Part shown: positions 25,683 to 40,079 of the stretch, one piece after another
Numbering within the stretch: the stretch's first letter is position 1
Layout of the letters: each line of letters starts with the position of its first letter
Assembly (NCBI RefSeq): GCF_963921235.1
Contig: NC_086097.1
Span: 171,308,001-171,372,000 of the forward strand
Reading direction: 5' to 3'
Origin: Mobula hypostoma
Taxonomy: Eukaryota
DNA: 64,000 bases
Notes under the pieces: generated by a model
What the model was told of the DNA's origin: nothing
Database searches by the model: none
What the model saw: the letters and a program-made list of their open reading frames with translations, nothing else
Translations under genes and position numbers: made by a program

Positions 25683-27169
25683 AGTGAAATGTGCAATTTG
25701 CGTTAAAAACCAACACAACATGAGTATGTTCTGGAGACAGCGCGCAAGTGGCGTCGTACTCTCCGGTGCCAACATTGCACACCCACGATGTTCAGCAGTA
25801 GAATACAAATAACAGCAGCACAACAACAGAACAGCAAAACAAGTCCCTTTACTCCCTCCCTCCCACTCACACATATAGAGAGGCCTCTAACCCCAGGATC
25901 GGACAGCTCTGGGCAGTCTCCAGTGGACTCACAGACTTAGAGACATCGAGCCTTCAATTTCCCCATGTACTCACAGCCCCAGACCCATCAGGCCTTGATT
26001 TTCCGACTCGCTGACTTTGGCCTTCGACTATCGTGAGTTGATCTTTGTTATCGACCCCAGACATTCAGCAATAACAGGCCAGGAACTCCCGTCCTCATTG
26101 ACGCATTGACCTAGGGGTCACTGGCCTTTGTGCATCCTACACAATATTTATCCTTCCTTACACAAGGAGCGTCCACTCCTCTGAACAACATGTCACTAAA
26201 GAGCTGTACAATCTCAGCAGGACTTCCTATCACTCATATTCCAACTCTTCTGCAATAAAGGGCAAGCATACCATTTTTCTTCTAAGAGTGCATTAAACCC
26301 CCACTGTATGCAAATATTTTCAAATTTCTCATTGTTTAAAAATATTTTCACTGTTATTCCTAACTAGATGCATAATATAATACTTGTCAAGTTCTTGGTG
26401 TTCACTTAACCCAGCTACAGAATTTCAGTCCTTCATCAGCCCGAAATGCCAAATGTTTATTCTCCTCCATAGATGCTGACTAACCTGTTGAGTTCCTCTA
26501 GTATTTTGTATATGCTGATCCATTTATTTAGCACTGCTTTTTTGCTTTCTCCCCTTAAAAATCTTCTACTCTTTTAATATATTCCCCCCACCATCCTAAG
26601 CCCATAAAACCTTTTGTATATAACAACCTTTTTAGTGGTACTTCATCAAATGCTTTTTGACAATCTTTTTCCACTGGCTCCCCTGCAGCCATCCTGCTGA
26701 TTTATCTTCAAAAGTACTCTTTTCTATTTGACAAACACTATTTCCCTATCATAAAACCATATTGATTCTATCTAATCACATCAAAAATTTCTAAGTGCCA
26801 TGTTAGAATGTCCTAAATGATCGATTCCAGCACTTTATCACCCAAAGATGTCAAGTGAATCATTTAATGATTTCCTCTGTTTTCTCTCTCCATTGTTCAA
26901 AAGCTGTATTACACTTTTCTCCTTCAAGTCTGGTGGGGCTACTCAGGAATCTAGGAAATTTTGGAAGATCCTCACTCTAAATCAACTAATTCTTCAGTCG
27001 TTCATTTCAAAGTCCTTTAGATGCACTTCTCAATTATAAAACTAAAGGGATTACTAAGTATTAATTTCACCTAATTTCTCCACTACATTCACTATAATAA
27101 CATCAATAACTTTAAGCTTCTCAAATAAAATAATGAAGTTCCTCTCCCACTTACTTCCTTGCCTCCTCT

Positions 27170-27405
27170 GCTCTCTCACATGCCCATCAATGTCCCTCTT
27201 GACTCTGCTAGCACTCAACTGCACTAGGGATAATTTACAAGACTAATTAACCTAACAACCAGAACCTTTTCAAGATGTGGGAGGAAACTGGAGTCCATGG
27301 CGTCAGAGGAATAACTTGTAAATTCCATGCAGACAGCACCAGGGATCAAGATTGAACATCTGTTACTGAAGCTGTCAGGCAGTAGCACTAACTGCCATGC
27401 ATGTT
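27170..27405 (-). mobile_element. V-SINE (HE1-like), degraded
   Basis: gatgtgggaggaaactggag...caagattgaac, reverse of V-domain and B box. Confidence 0.55.
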
Positions 27406-28989
27406 GGTGTATGGAGGGATCTTGCTGCCGTAGTTCATCAACAAATAAGAGACAAATGGTACCTTGTTTTTAATATAAGTGGGTTGACATTCAAAAATGG
27501 TGAAGTCTTGCTGAGACTGTAAACATGACATTTCAATAGTGGGCACAGTGTGGACTTCTTACTTAAGAAAGATTCATTGCATTTATCCACACTCTCCTTA
27601 AAAACACTGCTGCTGTCCATTTCTGCCACCCCATGTTAGCAAGTACCATGTATACTCTCTGGATAGGAATATTTCTCCTGAATAGTTAGAGAATTTATTA
27701 GAAAGTGATTAATATTCATATTCTGCTGTTTAAGATTCCACCATTTTACCTTTTAACATGCTTTTCCTGAGCAATTTCACAGAAAACAAGAAATTAATGT
27801 GCCAAACTAACTTCCACAGTAGAGCCTGATAAATAGTAAAGTATTTACATTAATCATAAATGAAGATAGATCTTCCAAATGTCTTTGGCTTTTGAGGACC
27901 AATGGAAAACTGGTGCCAAGCAGAATTAAACTGTTTTTGTCAGATAATTGCATGTTGAACCTCACCAGTGAAGAGTTGCTGTGCCAATTCCCTGCAAAAT
28001 TGCTTTTCAGAACAACTACATTTAAAATTAAAAATTTAAATATTAGATATTACATAAGCAAGAAGCTTTTCTAACAGTTACAAGTATTTAATTAATCTCT
28101 GACATTTTATTTTTTTACACAGAGATTTCTATTTCTGTCCTGTGCTGACTATAGTTGTGACTAACATCTAATGGTTTGAAGAAAGCAGTGCAAGAAACTT
28201 TGCTTGTTCATTCAAAGTCAAGTGTGAGTTAGACTCAGCAGTCTATATTATAATTAACTGGCCTCCGGGAATGAATGAGCAGTTTCCTCCAGGAAGAAGG
28301 GATGCAGGTAACAGACGGATATGGACCTAAAATTACTTGCTTGTTACTCTGTGATGAATACTAGGGGGAGGTGGTGCATCCTGATGACTCTGGGAGGGGA
28401 GGAGATCCTGGACCTCAAAAACTCCTTCTAATAATTTACCTCTTTCAGTTCAACTTCTTCATGTCCTCCAGAGAGCTTGGGTTTGAAGTGAGAGGGAAAG
28501 ATTTAATAGGAACCTGAGAGGCAACTGACTTTTGCGTGGAGGGTGTTGGGAATGAGCTACCAGGGGAAGTGGTTGAAGCAGGTACAATAACTGCACTTGA
28601 AAGACAATTGGACAGATTCATGGATAGGAAAGTATCAGAAGGATAAGGGCCAAATTGAGGCAACAGAGAACTAGATTAGATGAGAATATTGGTTTCCCAT
28701 TCCTATGAAGTATGACTCTATGACTCTACAACTGGGAAACCAGAGGCTGAGTGGGTGACTGTCTTACTGAACAGCTTGTTCGATTGGCAAATGTCATTTG
28801 TCACTTTAACTCTCTGCTTCACTCCCAATCTGCCCTGCAAACTGTGGTTTCTTGCTTCCCTGCACTGTTACAGCACAGTCAATTCAAGTTCGAGGAACAG
28901 CAGTTCAGGCTCTGAATGGGTACATAACTACTCCGAGGAAATGATTTTAGTCAACTTCAGAGTGTGATTCTTCACCTGTTAACTAGACA

Positions 28990-29290
28990 TTGAGACACAA
29001 CATGTTACAACATGGAAACAGGCCCTTCAGCCCATTGAGTGTATGCTGAGCAGCAAGTTCCCATTTTTATGCTGATCCTACCCCAACCCATTTTATTCTC
29101 TCCACAGTTGTGTCAACATCTCCAGAATCTACCACCTACCTGCATATTAGGGATGATTTACAGTGGCCAATAAACCGATCATCCGTTAGCCTTTGGTTTC
29201 AGAAGGAAATCAGAGCACCCAGAGGAAACATGTGCAGTCACTAGGAGAATGGCAGAAACAGTACTGGAGACCAGTAATAAAGCTTGCCTT
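28990..29290 (-). mobile_element. V-SINE (HE1-like), degraded
   Basis: acaggcccttcagccc CR1-like tail ... ggaaatcagagcacccagaggaaac V-domain, reverse strand. Confidence 0.55.
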
Positions 29291-30902
29291 TAGATATTCA
29301 TGGAATCCAGGAATTCAGGGGTTACTTCAGGAAAATAATGGAGGTAAATAGCCGTGATTATATTGAACTGCAGCAGAGATGTGAGAGACCAAATGGTTAA
29401 ATGGCCTAGTCTCGCTTCCAATTGTTCTGCCCTTATCTTAAGTAAAAATGCTGAAAATACTGAGCAAGACAGACAGCAGCAGTGGATGGAGACAGGTCCA
29501 TGAGTTTTCAACAGAAGTTCTCATCTCTTACAATCATAGAGCCATAGAGCACTAGAGCACAGAAACAAGCTGTTTGTCCTATCCAGCCCATGCCAACTTG
29601 TTTTTAGACCTATTCCCATCTTCCCACACCCAGACCTTAGCCCTTCATACTTCTCTCATCCACGTACCTACCCATACCCAACTTCTCTTCTTTTCCCTTT
29701 GCCAGTCTTCTTGTAACTGAGCCTCCTTCAGATTCTCAGTGTCCATTCTGTAAAGTTATTGTAAGTAAACTAAATCGTATATATTTGTAATTGGAGTACA
29801 ATAGTAGGTGGTCTTGATAGACTTGACAAGAACATTGGTGAGACAACCCCTGAAGTGAAGAAGGCAATTATGGTCTGCTAATTTAAGAGGAAACCTTTAA
29901 ATTAGAAGTAGCCCAGGGGATATTCTTGCATTGGAAGTGATCCAGTCCAGAGAAAATTCATCAGTCTGGTTTCTCTTGGAATGTTGAAACATTTGGATTG
30001 AAACTCTCTGCAGAATGGAAAATCAGGAGGAGTTATTGTTGAAACCTAATGATCTGAAGAAGATTATATGAGGAAATTAGTTCTCCTGCTGAAGAGAAGG
30101 CCATAGGCAGAAATAGTCCCTGAACAAGGGGGAAATGCCTCACTCAGCAGCTTGTGAATCTTTAAAGTTCTCTTTAATGCGGAGGCTGAGTCATATTGTG
30201 AATGTAATGGTTGGCAGAGACCTGCTTGGCTGAAGAGCTCTTAAAATGTTGTATAACTGTGAGGTGGATTGACTAAAGGGCCTTCAAGAGATATGTAGGT
30301 AAGATGGGAAGTGGACATGATGCAAAATCCATTGGTCTTAATGGATGGAAGAGAAGTCCAGAGAAGCAGGAAGGGAAATCTTATAATCTACTCAGGCTCT
30401 TAATTGTGTTGCCCATTGTTTACGTTAGTTGCTTGTTCTCCACCATCTTTTTCAACCTCATGGTTTCAAGGACCTGAAACCTTTCTTCATCCTCTGCTAC
30501 TGTTTGGCTTAGTAAGTATTTTCAGCATTTATATTTAAGATAAGGGCATAACAATTGGGTGCTTAGTTGGTACTTATTAAGTGTCTTGAGAGCATCCTTT
30601 CAGGCAGTGACTTCCAGACCCTTATCTTCCTCTGGAAAAACAAATCTTCTGATCTTTCTCCCTTAATGCCCTGCCTTCTAGATAGAAACTTTTTGTATAT
30701 TGCTAATTCACTCTTTCATAAAGTACTCTGGCACCTTGCTGATAGAATGATATCTAAATTTGTTACTTATAAGTAAGTAGATGCAAAAAGGATTTCATGC
30801 TAGTGCAGCTTTTAGAGCCGTTGCCTCACAGTGTCAGAGACGCCACCTCACCCGCAGTCTTTTTGGAGTTTTGCGTGTTCTCCCCCTGACGGTATAGGTT
30901 TC

Positions 30903-31701
30903 ACAAGATCACAAGACAAAGGAGCAGAAGTGGGCCATTCGGCCCATCGAGTCTGCTCCGCAGCTCCCCCATGAGCTAAACTATTCACCCATCTAGTTCC
31001 AATTTCCGGCTTTTTCCCCATATCCCTTGATACCCTGACTAATTAGATACCCGTCAATCTCCTCCTTAAACACCCTCAATGATCGGGCCTCCACAGCTGT
31101 ATGTGGCAACGAATTCCACAAATCCATGACCCTCTGGCTAAAAAAAATTCTCCTCATCTCTGTTTTAACTGGGTACCCTCTAATTCTAAGACTATGGCCT
31201 CTTGTCCTGGACTCACCCACCAAGGGAAACAACCTTTCCACATCTACTCTGTCCAACCCTTTCAACATTCGAAATGTTTCTATGAGATCCCCTCTCATTC
31301 TTCTATACTCTAATGAATACAATCCAAGAGCTGACAAACGCTCCTCATACGTTAGCCCCTGCATTCCAGGAATCATCCTCGTAAATCTTCTCTGAACTCT
31401 CTCCAACATCAGTACATCCTTTCTAAGATAGGGGGCCTAAAACTGCACACAGTATTCCAAATGAGGTCTCACTAATGTCCCACAGAGCCTCATCAACACC
31501 TCCTTACTCTTATACACTATTCCTCTTGAAATGAATGCCAACATAGCATTCGCTTTCCTTACCGCCAATCCAACTTTGTGGTTAAACTTTAGGGTATCCT
31601 GCACTAGGACCCCCAAGTCCCTTTGCACTTCTGATTTTTGAATTTTTTCCCCATCTAAATAATAATCTGCCCGATTACTTCTTCTTCCGAAATGTACAAT
31701 C
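30903..31701 (-). mobile_element. CR1 3' fragment inserted in a V-SINE (30800-31770)
   Basis: HFGRRSN...LVRPHLEYCVQF, RVQRRFTRMIPG...WNSLP; TSD gtayaggtttc at 30892-30902 and 31702-31712. Confidence 0.9.
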
Positions 31702-34700
31702 GTACAGGTTTCCTTCCACATCTGTAGGATACTGTATGTAAACTAGCAGGACACTGAGTTTTGCCCCTAGTCTGTAACTGAGCAGTAGAATTTGAAGATA
31801 AAATGGGGAAAAAATGGTTGAGCAAGCAGGGGATTTTCTCCTTAGAGTGAAGAAGGATGAAAGACAACTTGATAGAGATGTATAAGAGGCATAGATAGAA
31901 TGAACAGCCAGCACCTTCTTCCCAGGATGTCAATAGCTTATGCTTTTCATTTTTATGATCCAGAAGGAGGTACAGAATTATGAATGCACACACTCAATGA
32001 TCCTGGAACAGCTTCTTCCTCTCTGCCATCTGATTCCTAAATGGACATTGAACCCATGAACACTCCCCACCTTTAAATAATTATTTCTGTCTTTGCACTA
32101 TTTTTAATTTAACTATTTAATATGTGTAAATATACTTTCTGTAATTGATTGACTTTTTTCCTCCTATATTATCATGTATCACTCTGTACTGCCCCTAAAT
32201 TAACAAATTTCATGACATATGCCAGTGATATTAAACCTGATTCTGATTCTGATTTTATTATCATATATCCTTTTATGGTGAGTGGAAGAAGGTTTAGGGC
32301 AGATGTCAGATGTAGGTATTTTATACAGAGAGTAGTAAGTGTGTGGAATGTACTGCTGGGGGTAGTGATGCAGGCTAATATATTATGGACATTTAAGACA
32401 ATCCTAGATAGGGGATACATTAAATAAAAATGTTAGGGTTATGTGCTAGATAGGAGGGAAAGATTAGATTGATCATGGAGCAGTTTTATGTTGATCAGCA
32501 GATCATGGGTTCAAGGGTGCATACTGTGCTGTACTGTCTTATGGCTCTATAAAAATGAGGATTAATGGAGGATTATTTTATCTGAGGGTTGATGGGTGGT
32601 GTGGACACTGGACTGAAGAACAAGTTTCAATGCTGTATGACTCTAAATCTATCCTCGGTCAGGGGTACTAAACATATTATTTGTTAACTGCTGCCATTCT
32701 AATCTGGTTTCAAAATATTGAAATACTGTCTAACAGCAGGATAGAATCTGTCCTTGAACCTGGAGGCATGTGTTTTCAAACATTTGTTTTTCTCTGCCTG
32801 ATGGGAGGAGATAGAAGAGAGAACGCTCGGATGGGAGCAGTTTTGATTCTCTTGGAATGGTTTATTGAGGCAGCAGGAAGTGAAGACAGAATCAATGGAG
32901 GGTTTCCATGATGTGATAGCTGTGTACATAACCCATTGCATTTCCTTGTGGTCTTGGCAGTGCAGTTGCTATTCCAAGCCGTGGTGCCTCAGGATAGAAC
33001 GATTTCTGTAGTGTGTCAATAAAAATCAGTAAGCGTCAACAGGGACATGCTGAATTTCTTTGGCCTCCTGGAGAAGTAGAACAAACCTCCATAAATTAAC
33101 AGCTTTAGGAATATAGCAGGGCTTGTGAATTTTGTATGTTGTCCAATGCATTAGATCTCTTATCTGAGTTAAAATCTAGTTCAGACTGCTGTAATATGGA
33201 TATACTCAATTTTAGGGGAAGTATCATTTTAGATAATGTTGAATGGATTAGCTGATCTCTCAATAAACAAGAACCAAAAGAAAAAGAAAAAAAATGCCCA
33301 ACAGGACACGAAGAAGTATTAAATTGGCAAAGTCTTCTGACTTTGGTAGAGGATGAGTTACTGAACCTGGGGTTGTGTTATGTTATTGCCAATTAACACA
33401 CTGTGAAACTTGACTCAGGAGCTGTGATACACTTGTCCTGAAGGATTTGTGATGTTGGTTTTATTCACAGATGTCAGTGCTAACAATTCTTTAGAAGCAA
33501 AATTCATGAAACATATATAGCACAGTGGAAAAGGCAAGGATGGAAGGGTATCCAAATACATCCTAATCCTTTTTTCTGGATAAAACAATAAAATGTTTAA
33601 GTATTGATCAGGAATAATTTACTGAGTTGTATATTCAACTCCCAGCTCTTGCATTTTGTGTTGGGCTGTTTTGGGATGATTTTGGGAAACAGATTGGTGA
33701 TTATGATCTTCATCATGATTTCAACCATTAGCAATAATTCTTTTGGCAGCAACCTGATAGAGGAAAATGGTTGTTGAGTGGTTTGGCCCAAAACTGTAAT
33801 AAAATGTCATGACTGCAGTGAGGAGAGAGCTAGGGCTTACTGAGGTAATTGTTCAATGATTACAAAGACAATACAAAAAAAAGACAAATTTGAAATGAAC
33901 CAAAGGTGCAAAACCATCTGTGTTGCTTTTTCAATTAATTTATTTTGCAAAATCTGGCTGGTGCAAAGGAGCATCCACTGAGTGGCTTTAGAGGCCATTC
34001 CTGAGTGCATTTCGGTTAACTACGTTGCAGAGTCCTGATGTGTGAACAAACTCCTATAAAATTATTAAATTTTTAAGCATGACATAGATACATGCAGCAT
34101 ATTCACCTGGATTCACATGCAGACACAATGAACAGGTGAGTAATGAACAGGTTTTAACAGGTACCCTTTAAGTCAGTTTTGTCCATAAGTCAGAAAATAA
34201 AGCAGCCAGCATAATCAAAGACATCAGATGCCCTCTCTTTTCCCCTCTTCTATTGGGCAGAAGCCTGGAAGCACATAGCACCAGGCACAAGGAGAGCTTC
34301 TACTTTGCTGTTATAAGACTATTAAATAGATCCTTAGTGAAATACTGTTCACCTTGTTATGATCTTACACCTGATTGGTTACCTGTGTTGCACTTTCTCT
34401 GAAGCTACTACACTTTATTCATCATTATTATTGCTTTACTTTGTTCTGCTTTAAAGCACCGTGTAGTGATCTGATCTGTGTAAAGAGTATGCAAGCAAAG
34501 CTTCTCACCGTATGTCAGTAAATGTGACTTTAATATTCTAATTCCAAAAATACACAACAATTATTTTTCCCCTTTGCATTCTTTTCACTGCCAATACTTC
34601 TGGACACTAAAAGGACCATGAGAGGAATAGAACTCTTTCCTTAGAAAGTATGTGCGTGATCAACTTTGCAAGTAATAGGATTACATCCAAATAAGTGTGA

Positions 34701-35554
34701 AATGGCCAGATGAAGGAACTAAATGAAGAAGAAAGAAAAATCTCTTGACCTTTAATCAAACCTATTAGCAGAGTCTGGCTGCATCTGCTTTATAATTAAT
34801 GTGCTAATGTGGCTTTGCCTCACCTCTTGCGATGTTACTGAGATAAGGTGTTATGTAGTTGCTTCCAGCTTCCTCGTTCTGTCACTTAAGTTTGATCCTC
34901 CAACACAGCTTATCATTATCTCAATGAAAATCAGTAGAGAATTTTTAATGTCTATCATAGCAAATGCACAGCCTTAATTTGCAGTCATTAAACACACCTT
35001 GAACTCATCAAAATATTCATGAATTGCTTGTGTAACCAGTTTTGAGCAGTTCAATTAGAATTTGCACTTAACCTAGAAACATAATTATAAAGTAAAGGAA
35101 TATTTCATTTTTACCAAACTGATCATTAAGAGATTAAGAGTTATTGGACATGTTTCAGAATTGGACAACTTTAACTGGATCGAAGCCTGTAATGGAGTGC
35201 TTGCTACTGTTTCTTAAAGAAAACTGTAAGATTGTGTAACATTATAACCATCACCAAGCAAATTCACGAGAGCTTAAAAAACTCTCCACAAGCTTTCATT
35301 TCTTTTTCATTTTTTCAGCACTGTTGACAAAGCCAGGGTTTGTTGCCTACCCCTAATTGCCCTTATGAAGGAGGAGGTGGTGAATTGCCATCTATAAGTC
35401 ATAGTTTTACGTATGGAAACAGTATCAAACTAAATGCCCATCTAAGCTAGTCCCATTTGCCTTTAAAATCTTCTATCTTGAAGTGCAGCAATCCTTATGG
35501 TGAATAGGACCATTGCCCTGTTATAAACAGTTAAGCACTAAAGATGAAGAGAAA

Positions 35555-35772
35555 GGAGACTGTAGATGCTAGAATTTGAAGTGATAAACAAAATGCTGGA
35601 GGAACTAAGTGGATAAAGCAACATCTCAGGGGGAAATGGACAGTCGACATTTTGGGTTAAGACTTTTCACTGGCACCCTTCAAGTGGACAGTCCAGATAA
35701 TTGTTCTCGACCTGAACTGTCTATTTACCTCCACAGATGCTGCCTGAGCCCCTGAATTCCTCTAGCAGATTG
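35555..35772. repeat. Degenerate inverted pair of Penelope terminal repeats
   Basis: aatgctggaggaact...cagtcgac followed by tctcgacctgaa...gatgctgcctga...cctctagca. Confidence 0.6.
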
Positions 35773-36364
35773 TCTAAAGTAATTAGAACTGTATTCTGCG
35801 CAGTTTAAAAGAATAAGAGGTGATCATACTATAACACCGAAAGGCTTGACAGGGTCAATGTTGAGATGTTTCCACTAGAGGGAGATGCTCCAATGAGAAG
35901 ACATAGTTACAAGTTCAAGGACTAATCATTTAAAACTGAGGTATGTGGGACCTTCTTTTCACAGACTCTATTGACCTCTGGGATTCACTTTCTTGGCAGG
36001 TTGTGAACACTAGATAAATGGGTGTATTTAAAGAGGAAAGAAATACTTTTTTGAAAGATTGGGGAATGATGGATGATGGGAATCTGTCATAGAAGAGTTG
36101 ATGCCAAGGACAGTTAAGCCATGATCGTGTTGAGTGGTGGACAGTGAGCCAGTAGGTTAAGTAGGTTTGCTTTGTCATCCAATAAAAACTTCAGCAGATG
36201 TGCTGTTAAAAGTAACCTGACTGTTTGCATCATGATTTTGTACAGCAATTCCAACACATATGAGCATAAGTGAGTGAAGAGAGTAGAGACCACAGTCTGG
36301 TCCATTAGGGCACAGCCATTCCTACCATTGATAAATTCTACAAGAGCTGCTGCCGCACGGAAAA

Positions 36365-36670
36365 GGCATCCGTTAGTCTTGCGAAACCATGGATCTGCGC
36401 CTGGAAAGTCTTCACTCTCCAGGGCGCAGGCCTGGGCAAGGTTGTATGGAAGACCAGCAGTTGCCCATGCTGCAAGTCTCCCCTCTCCATGACACCAATG
36501 TGGTCCAAGGGAAGGGCATTAGGACCCATACAGCTTGGCACTAGTATCATCGCAGAGCAATGTGTGATTAAGTGCCTTGCTCAAGGACACAACACGTTCC
36601 CTCGGCTGGGGCTCGAACTCACGACCTTCAGGTAGCTAGTCCAATACCTTGATCACTTGGCCACGTGCCT
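36365..36670 (-). mobile_element. tRNA-derived CORE-like SINE with probable RTE-derived tail
   Basis: A box tggccaagtg, B box gttcgagcc, gtgtccttgagcaaggcacttaa core, tail ...catggtttcgcaagactaacggatgcc; flanked by duplicated cacg(g)aaaaggcatc inside a Rex1 fragment. Confidence 0.8.
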
Positions 36671-38599
36671 CACGAAAAGGCATCTATTATCAAGGATCCC
36701 TATCATCCTGGCTATCCATCTTATCACTGCTGCCGTTGATCAGGAGGCACAGAAGCCTGAAGTCCCTCTTCATCAGTTTCAGGAACAGCTATTTTCCTAC
36801 AACCATCAGGTTCTTGAACAGACTTGAATAACTCTAACCCTAATTCAGCAACGTAGCACTACAGACTGCCTCTTTCAAGACTGTGACTATGTAACTTATA
36901 TCTGATTGTATCTTTGCTGCAGATATAAACTGTACATTACCATGTGGTTTCGTTCAATAAACTGCTACATTGATGAATTGGTTCATTATTTTCACATGTA
37001 CCAAGGTCCAATGAATTCCTGCCAAATATATGGACCATTTCATCACATCGATGCATTGAGGGTGCTTTCAGATTTTTGTATCTTCTGCCTGATGGGAGAG
37101 GGGAGAAGAGAGAATGTCTAGGATGTGTGGACTTTGATTATGCTGGCTGCTTTACTGAGGCAGTGGGAAATATAGACAAAGTTAATGGAAGGGAGACAAA
37201 TTTCTGTGATGTCCACATTTCTCTGCAGTTGCCATAATACACTGTGATCCATCGAGATAGGATATTTTCGATAGTCCATTGATAAAAATTGGTGAGAGTA
37301 AACAAGGACACTTGGTGAGATGGGAGGGGGAAAGGCAGTGAGAGTGTGCAGAAACAATGACATAATATCTCCCTCCCTACCCACCTGTGACCATCCCTGT
37401 GCAAACAGTGACTCTACCTCTTCTAGACGCAACCTCATATCAGTCCTGTGCTGCAGGAATTTGCCTCTTGCATTGGAATGTTTGTGTGTAGAGACCTTCA
37501 CGTTTGTTGACTATTTGGAAATAAAATCAGCATTTATTAATTATTGCCTCATGTATCAACATGCATAGAAAATCTTGTCTTGCATATTGTGTATACAGAT
37601 CATATCAGTACACAGTGCATTGATGTAGTTCTATGTAAAACAATAACAGAATGCAGAATGAAGTGCAATAGTAACAGAAAAGGTGCAGTACAGGTGGACA
37701 ATAAGGTGCAAGATCAGAATAAGATAGATTATGAGGTCAGAAGTCTTATGACTTTCTTCCAGCTCTCCTTGACAAGTAGGAGTGCATAGTGACAATGCGT
37801 ACTTTGGACAGTATGGTTAATATGGTTTCAAGTAGTCTACAGACAAATCTATTGGGGTAGGCAAGTATCTCCAAAAGAAACAAGTACGGATTGGACAATA
37901 ATTCTCATCCCCTGTAACACCCTCATCGGTCATGTCTTCACCCACACCAATACACCACAATTGTCCTCAGATGTGGTGACAAAACTATGCAACTTCATGC
38001 TTCTGATGGAGTCTAAATGTTTGGCTGAGTAGCCAATGACTACCTGGGTATACTGTATCTGATACTTGCACTAATAAACAACAAGTTTGACCTAAGCACA
38101 AGCCAATCAATGCTTGAAAGGCGTGGGTGACTCTCAGACATAAGACAGCCCATACAATAGAATTACTAGGTTTTTTTTGCTGTAATGTGGAATCAAGGAC
38201 ATTATTAAATTCAGTAGGATAAAGCGAAAAAGAAAGTTATATTACTTCAGTAACATTACCACTAATTTATTTTCTGATGTTATCTGAAACGTTTATCTTT
38301 GGAAGATAAATGCATTATCACTGTGGACTGAAATATTGCCCATGGCAATGACTCATTTATGAGCTGCTGTGAATACACACAATGCTTTGAGTATCACCAA
38401 AACCACTTCCATCTTTGTTCAAAGACACATAAGGGATGTGTTCAAAGTTCAAATACTGCCTTTCCATTTTTGTTTAATTTCTTACTCATCAGTGGTAGAT
38501 AAAATAACGATTGTGATCCCCTGTGCTCATTTGCAAGCCTTTAACTGATTGCTAACTCCCTGTCTCTTTAATTAGTCATTTGACAAGTCAATTAACTAA

Positions 38600-39805
38600 T
38601 TTTAAACCTACTGATTCCCACAGCTATCTTGACTACACCTCTTCCCACTGTTTCCTGTAACAATGTTATTCCTTTTCTCCGTTGCTTCATCTCCACCACA
38701 CCCGTTCTCAGGATGAGGCTTTCCTTTCCAAGACGTCAGGGATGTTCTTCTTCTTCAAAAAAAAGTGGTTTCCCTTCTTCTATCATTGATGCTGCTTTCA
38801 TTTGCATCTCCTCCATTTCCCAGACATTCGCGCTCAACCAATCATTCCATCTTCCCATCACCTTAACAGTGATAGAATTCCTCTTGTGTTTGCCTTCAAC
38901 CCCATGAGCCTTCACATCCAACACATCATTCTCCGTATCTCCAAATGGATCCTACCACCAAACATATCTTTAACTGCCCCTCCACTCTCCGCTTTCTGTA
39001 AGGATTGCTCCCTCCATGATTCCCTTGTCCATTCATCCCTCCCCACTAATCTCCTTCCTGACACTTTTCCCTGCAAGCGGAAGAAGTGCTACACCTCCCT
39101 ATTCACCTCACCTCCATTCAGAGCCTTCCAAATGAGGCATCACTTAATCTATGAATTTGTGTTATCTACTGTATCCGGTGCTCCTGATATGGCCTCCTTT
39201 ACATTGGTGAAAACGTAGTAAATTGGGGGACTGCTTCATCAAGCACCTCTGCTCGAGAAGTAGAACTTCCTCAAGGCCCAAAGTTTTAATTTTGATTTAC
39301 ATCCTGTTCCAACATGTCGATCTATGGCCTCCTCTTGTGCCATGATGAAGCCACCCTCAGGGTGGAGGAGCAACAGCTTATATTCTGTCTGGGTAGCCTC
39401 TAACCTGATGATATTAATATTAATTTCTTCTTCTGGTTAAAAAATATTCCCACCCCCTCTCCTCTTCTTCTATTCCTTACTCTGGTCTCTTACCTCTTCT
39501 CTACCTGCCTATCACCTCCCCTTGGTGCCCCTCCTCTTTCCCTTTCTACTATGGCCCACTCTCCTCTCCTATCAGATTCCTTCATCCCCAACCATATGCC
39601 ATTCCTACATACCTGGCTTCACTATCACCTTCTAACTATCTTCATTCCGCTCCCTCCAACTTTTTATTTTGGTATTTTCTCCCTTCCTTTCCAGTCTTGA
39701 AGAAAGGTCTCAGCCCAAAACGTCAACTGTGTTTTCATTTCCGTGGATGCTGCCTGACCTGCTGAGTTCATCCAGCATTTTGTGTGTGCTACTTTGGATT
39801 TCTCC
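38600..39805 (+). mobile_element. Penelope-like element 3' part (RT C-terminus, GIY-YIG remnant, terminal repeat)
   Basis: Homologous to 14385-15320; ctttacattggtgaaaac (YIGE); tail cagtcttgaagaaaggtctcagcccaaaacgtcaactg. Confidence 0.82.
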
Positions 39806-40079
39806 CATCTTTAGTAATTCTGACAAGAAGATGCATTATTAGAATTCTGATGTTAATAATGAAGTTACAGTTACCAGATGAACTATATAATGTTTGTTCA
39901 CTTAGTGGGAACAGTTTGTAGAGTGGATCTGTCACAGCAATTATACGTAGCCTCCTATTTCTGGCAAGATGGTGGTGGTTATTTAAAAAAGGAGCTTTGA
40001 GAGCAATTGTCCATTGTACATGGCCTATCAGCGGCATCAACAGAGCTCTACCAAGAAGGATTTCTGGCAAGTTGGCAGT

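Noticed and set aside
33720..33775. Minus-strand acceptor followed by CCQKNYC* (Ly6/three-finger-like ending) or VAAKRIIANG*
   Set aside because: Too short, lacks the terminal Asn of the CCxxxxCN motif, and no upstream exons were found.
36590..36670. tRNA gene
   Set aside because: It has A and B boxes but continues into a SINE core and LINE tail with a TSD, so it is a SINE head.
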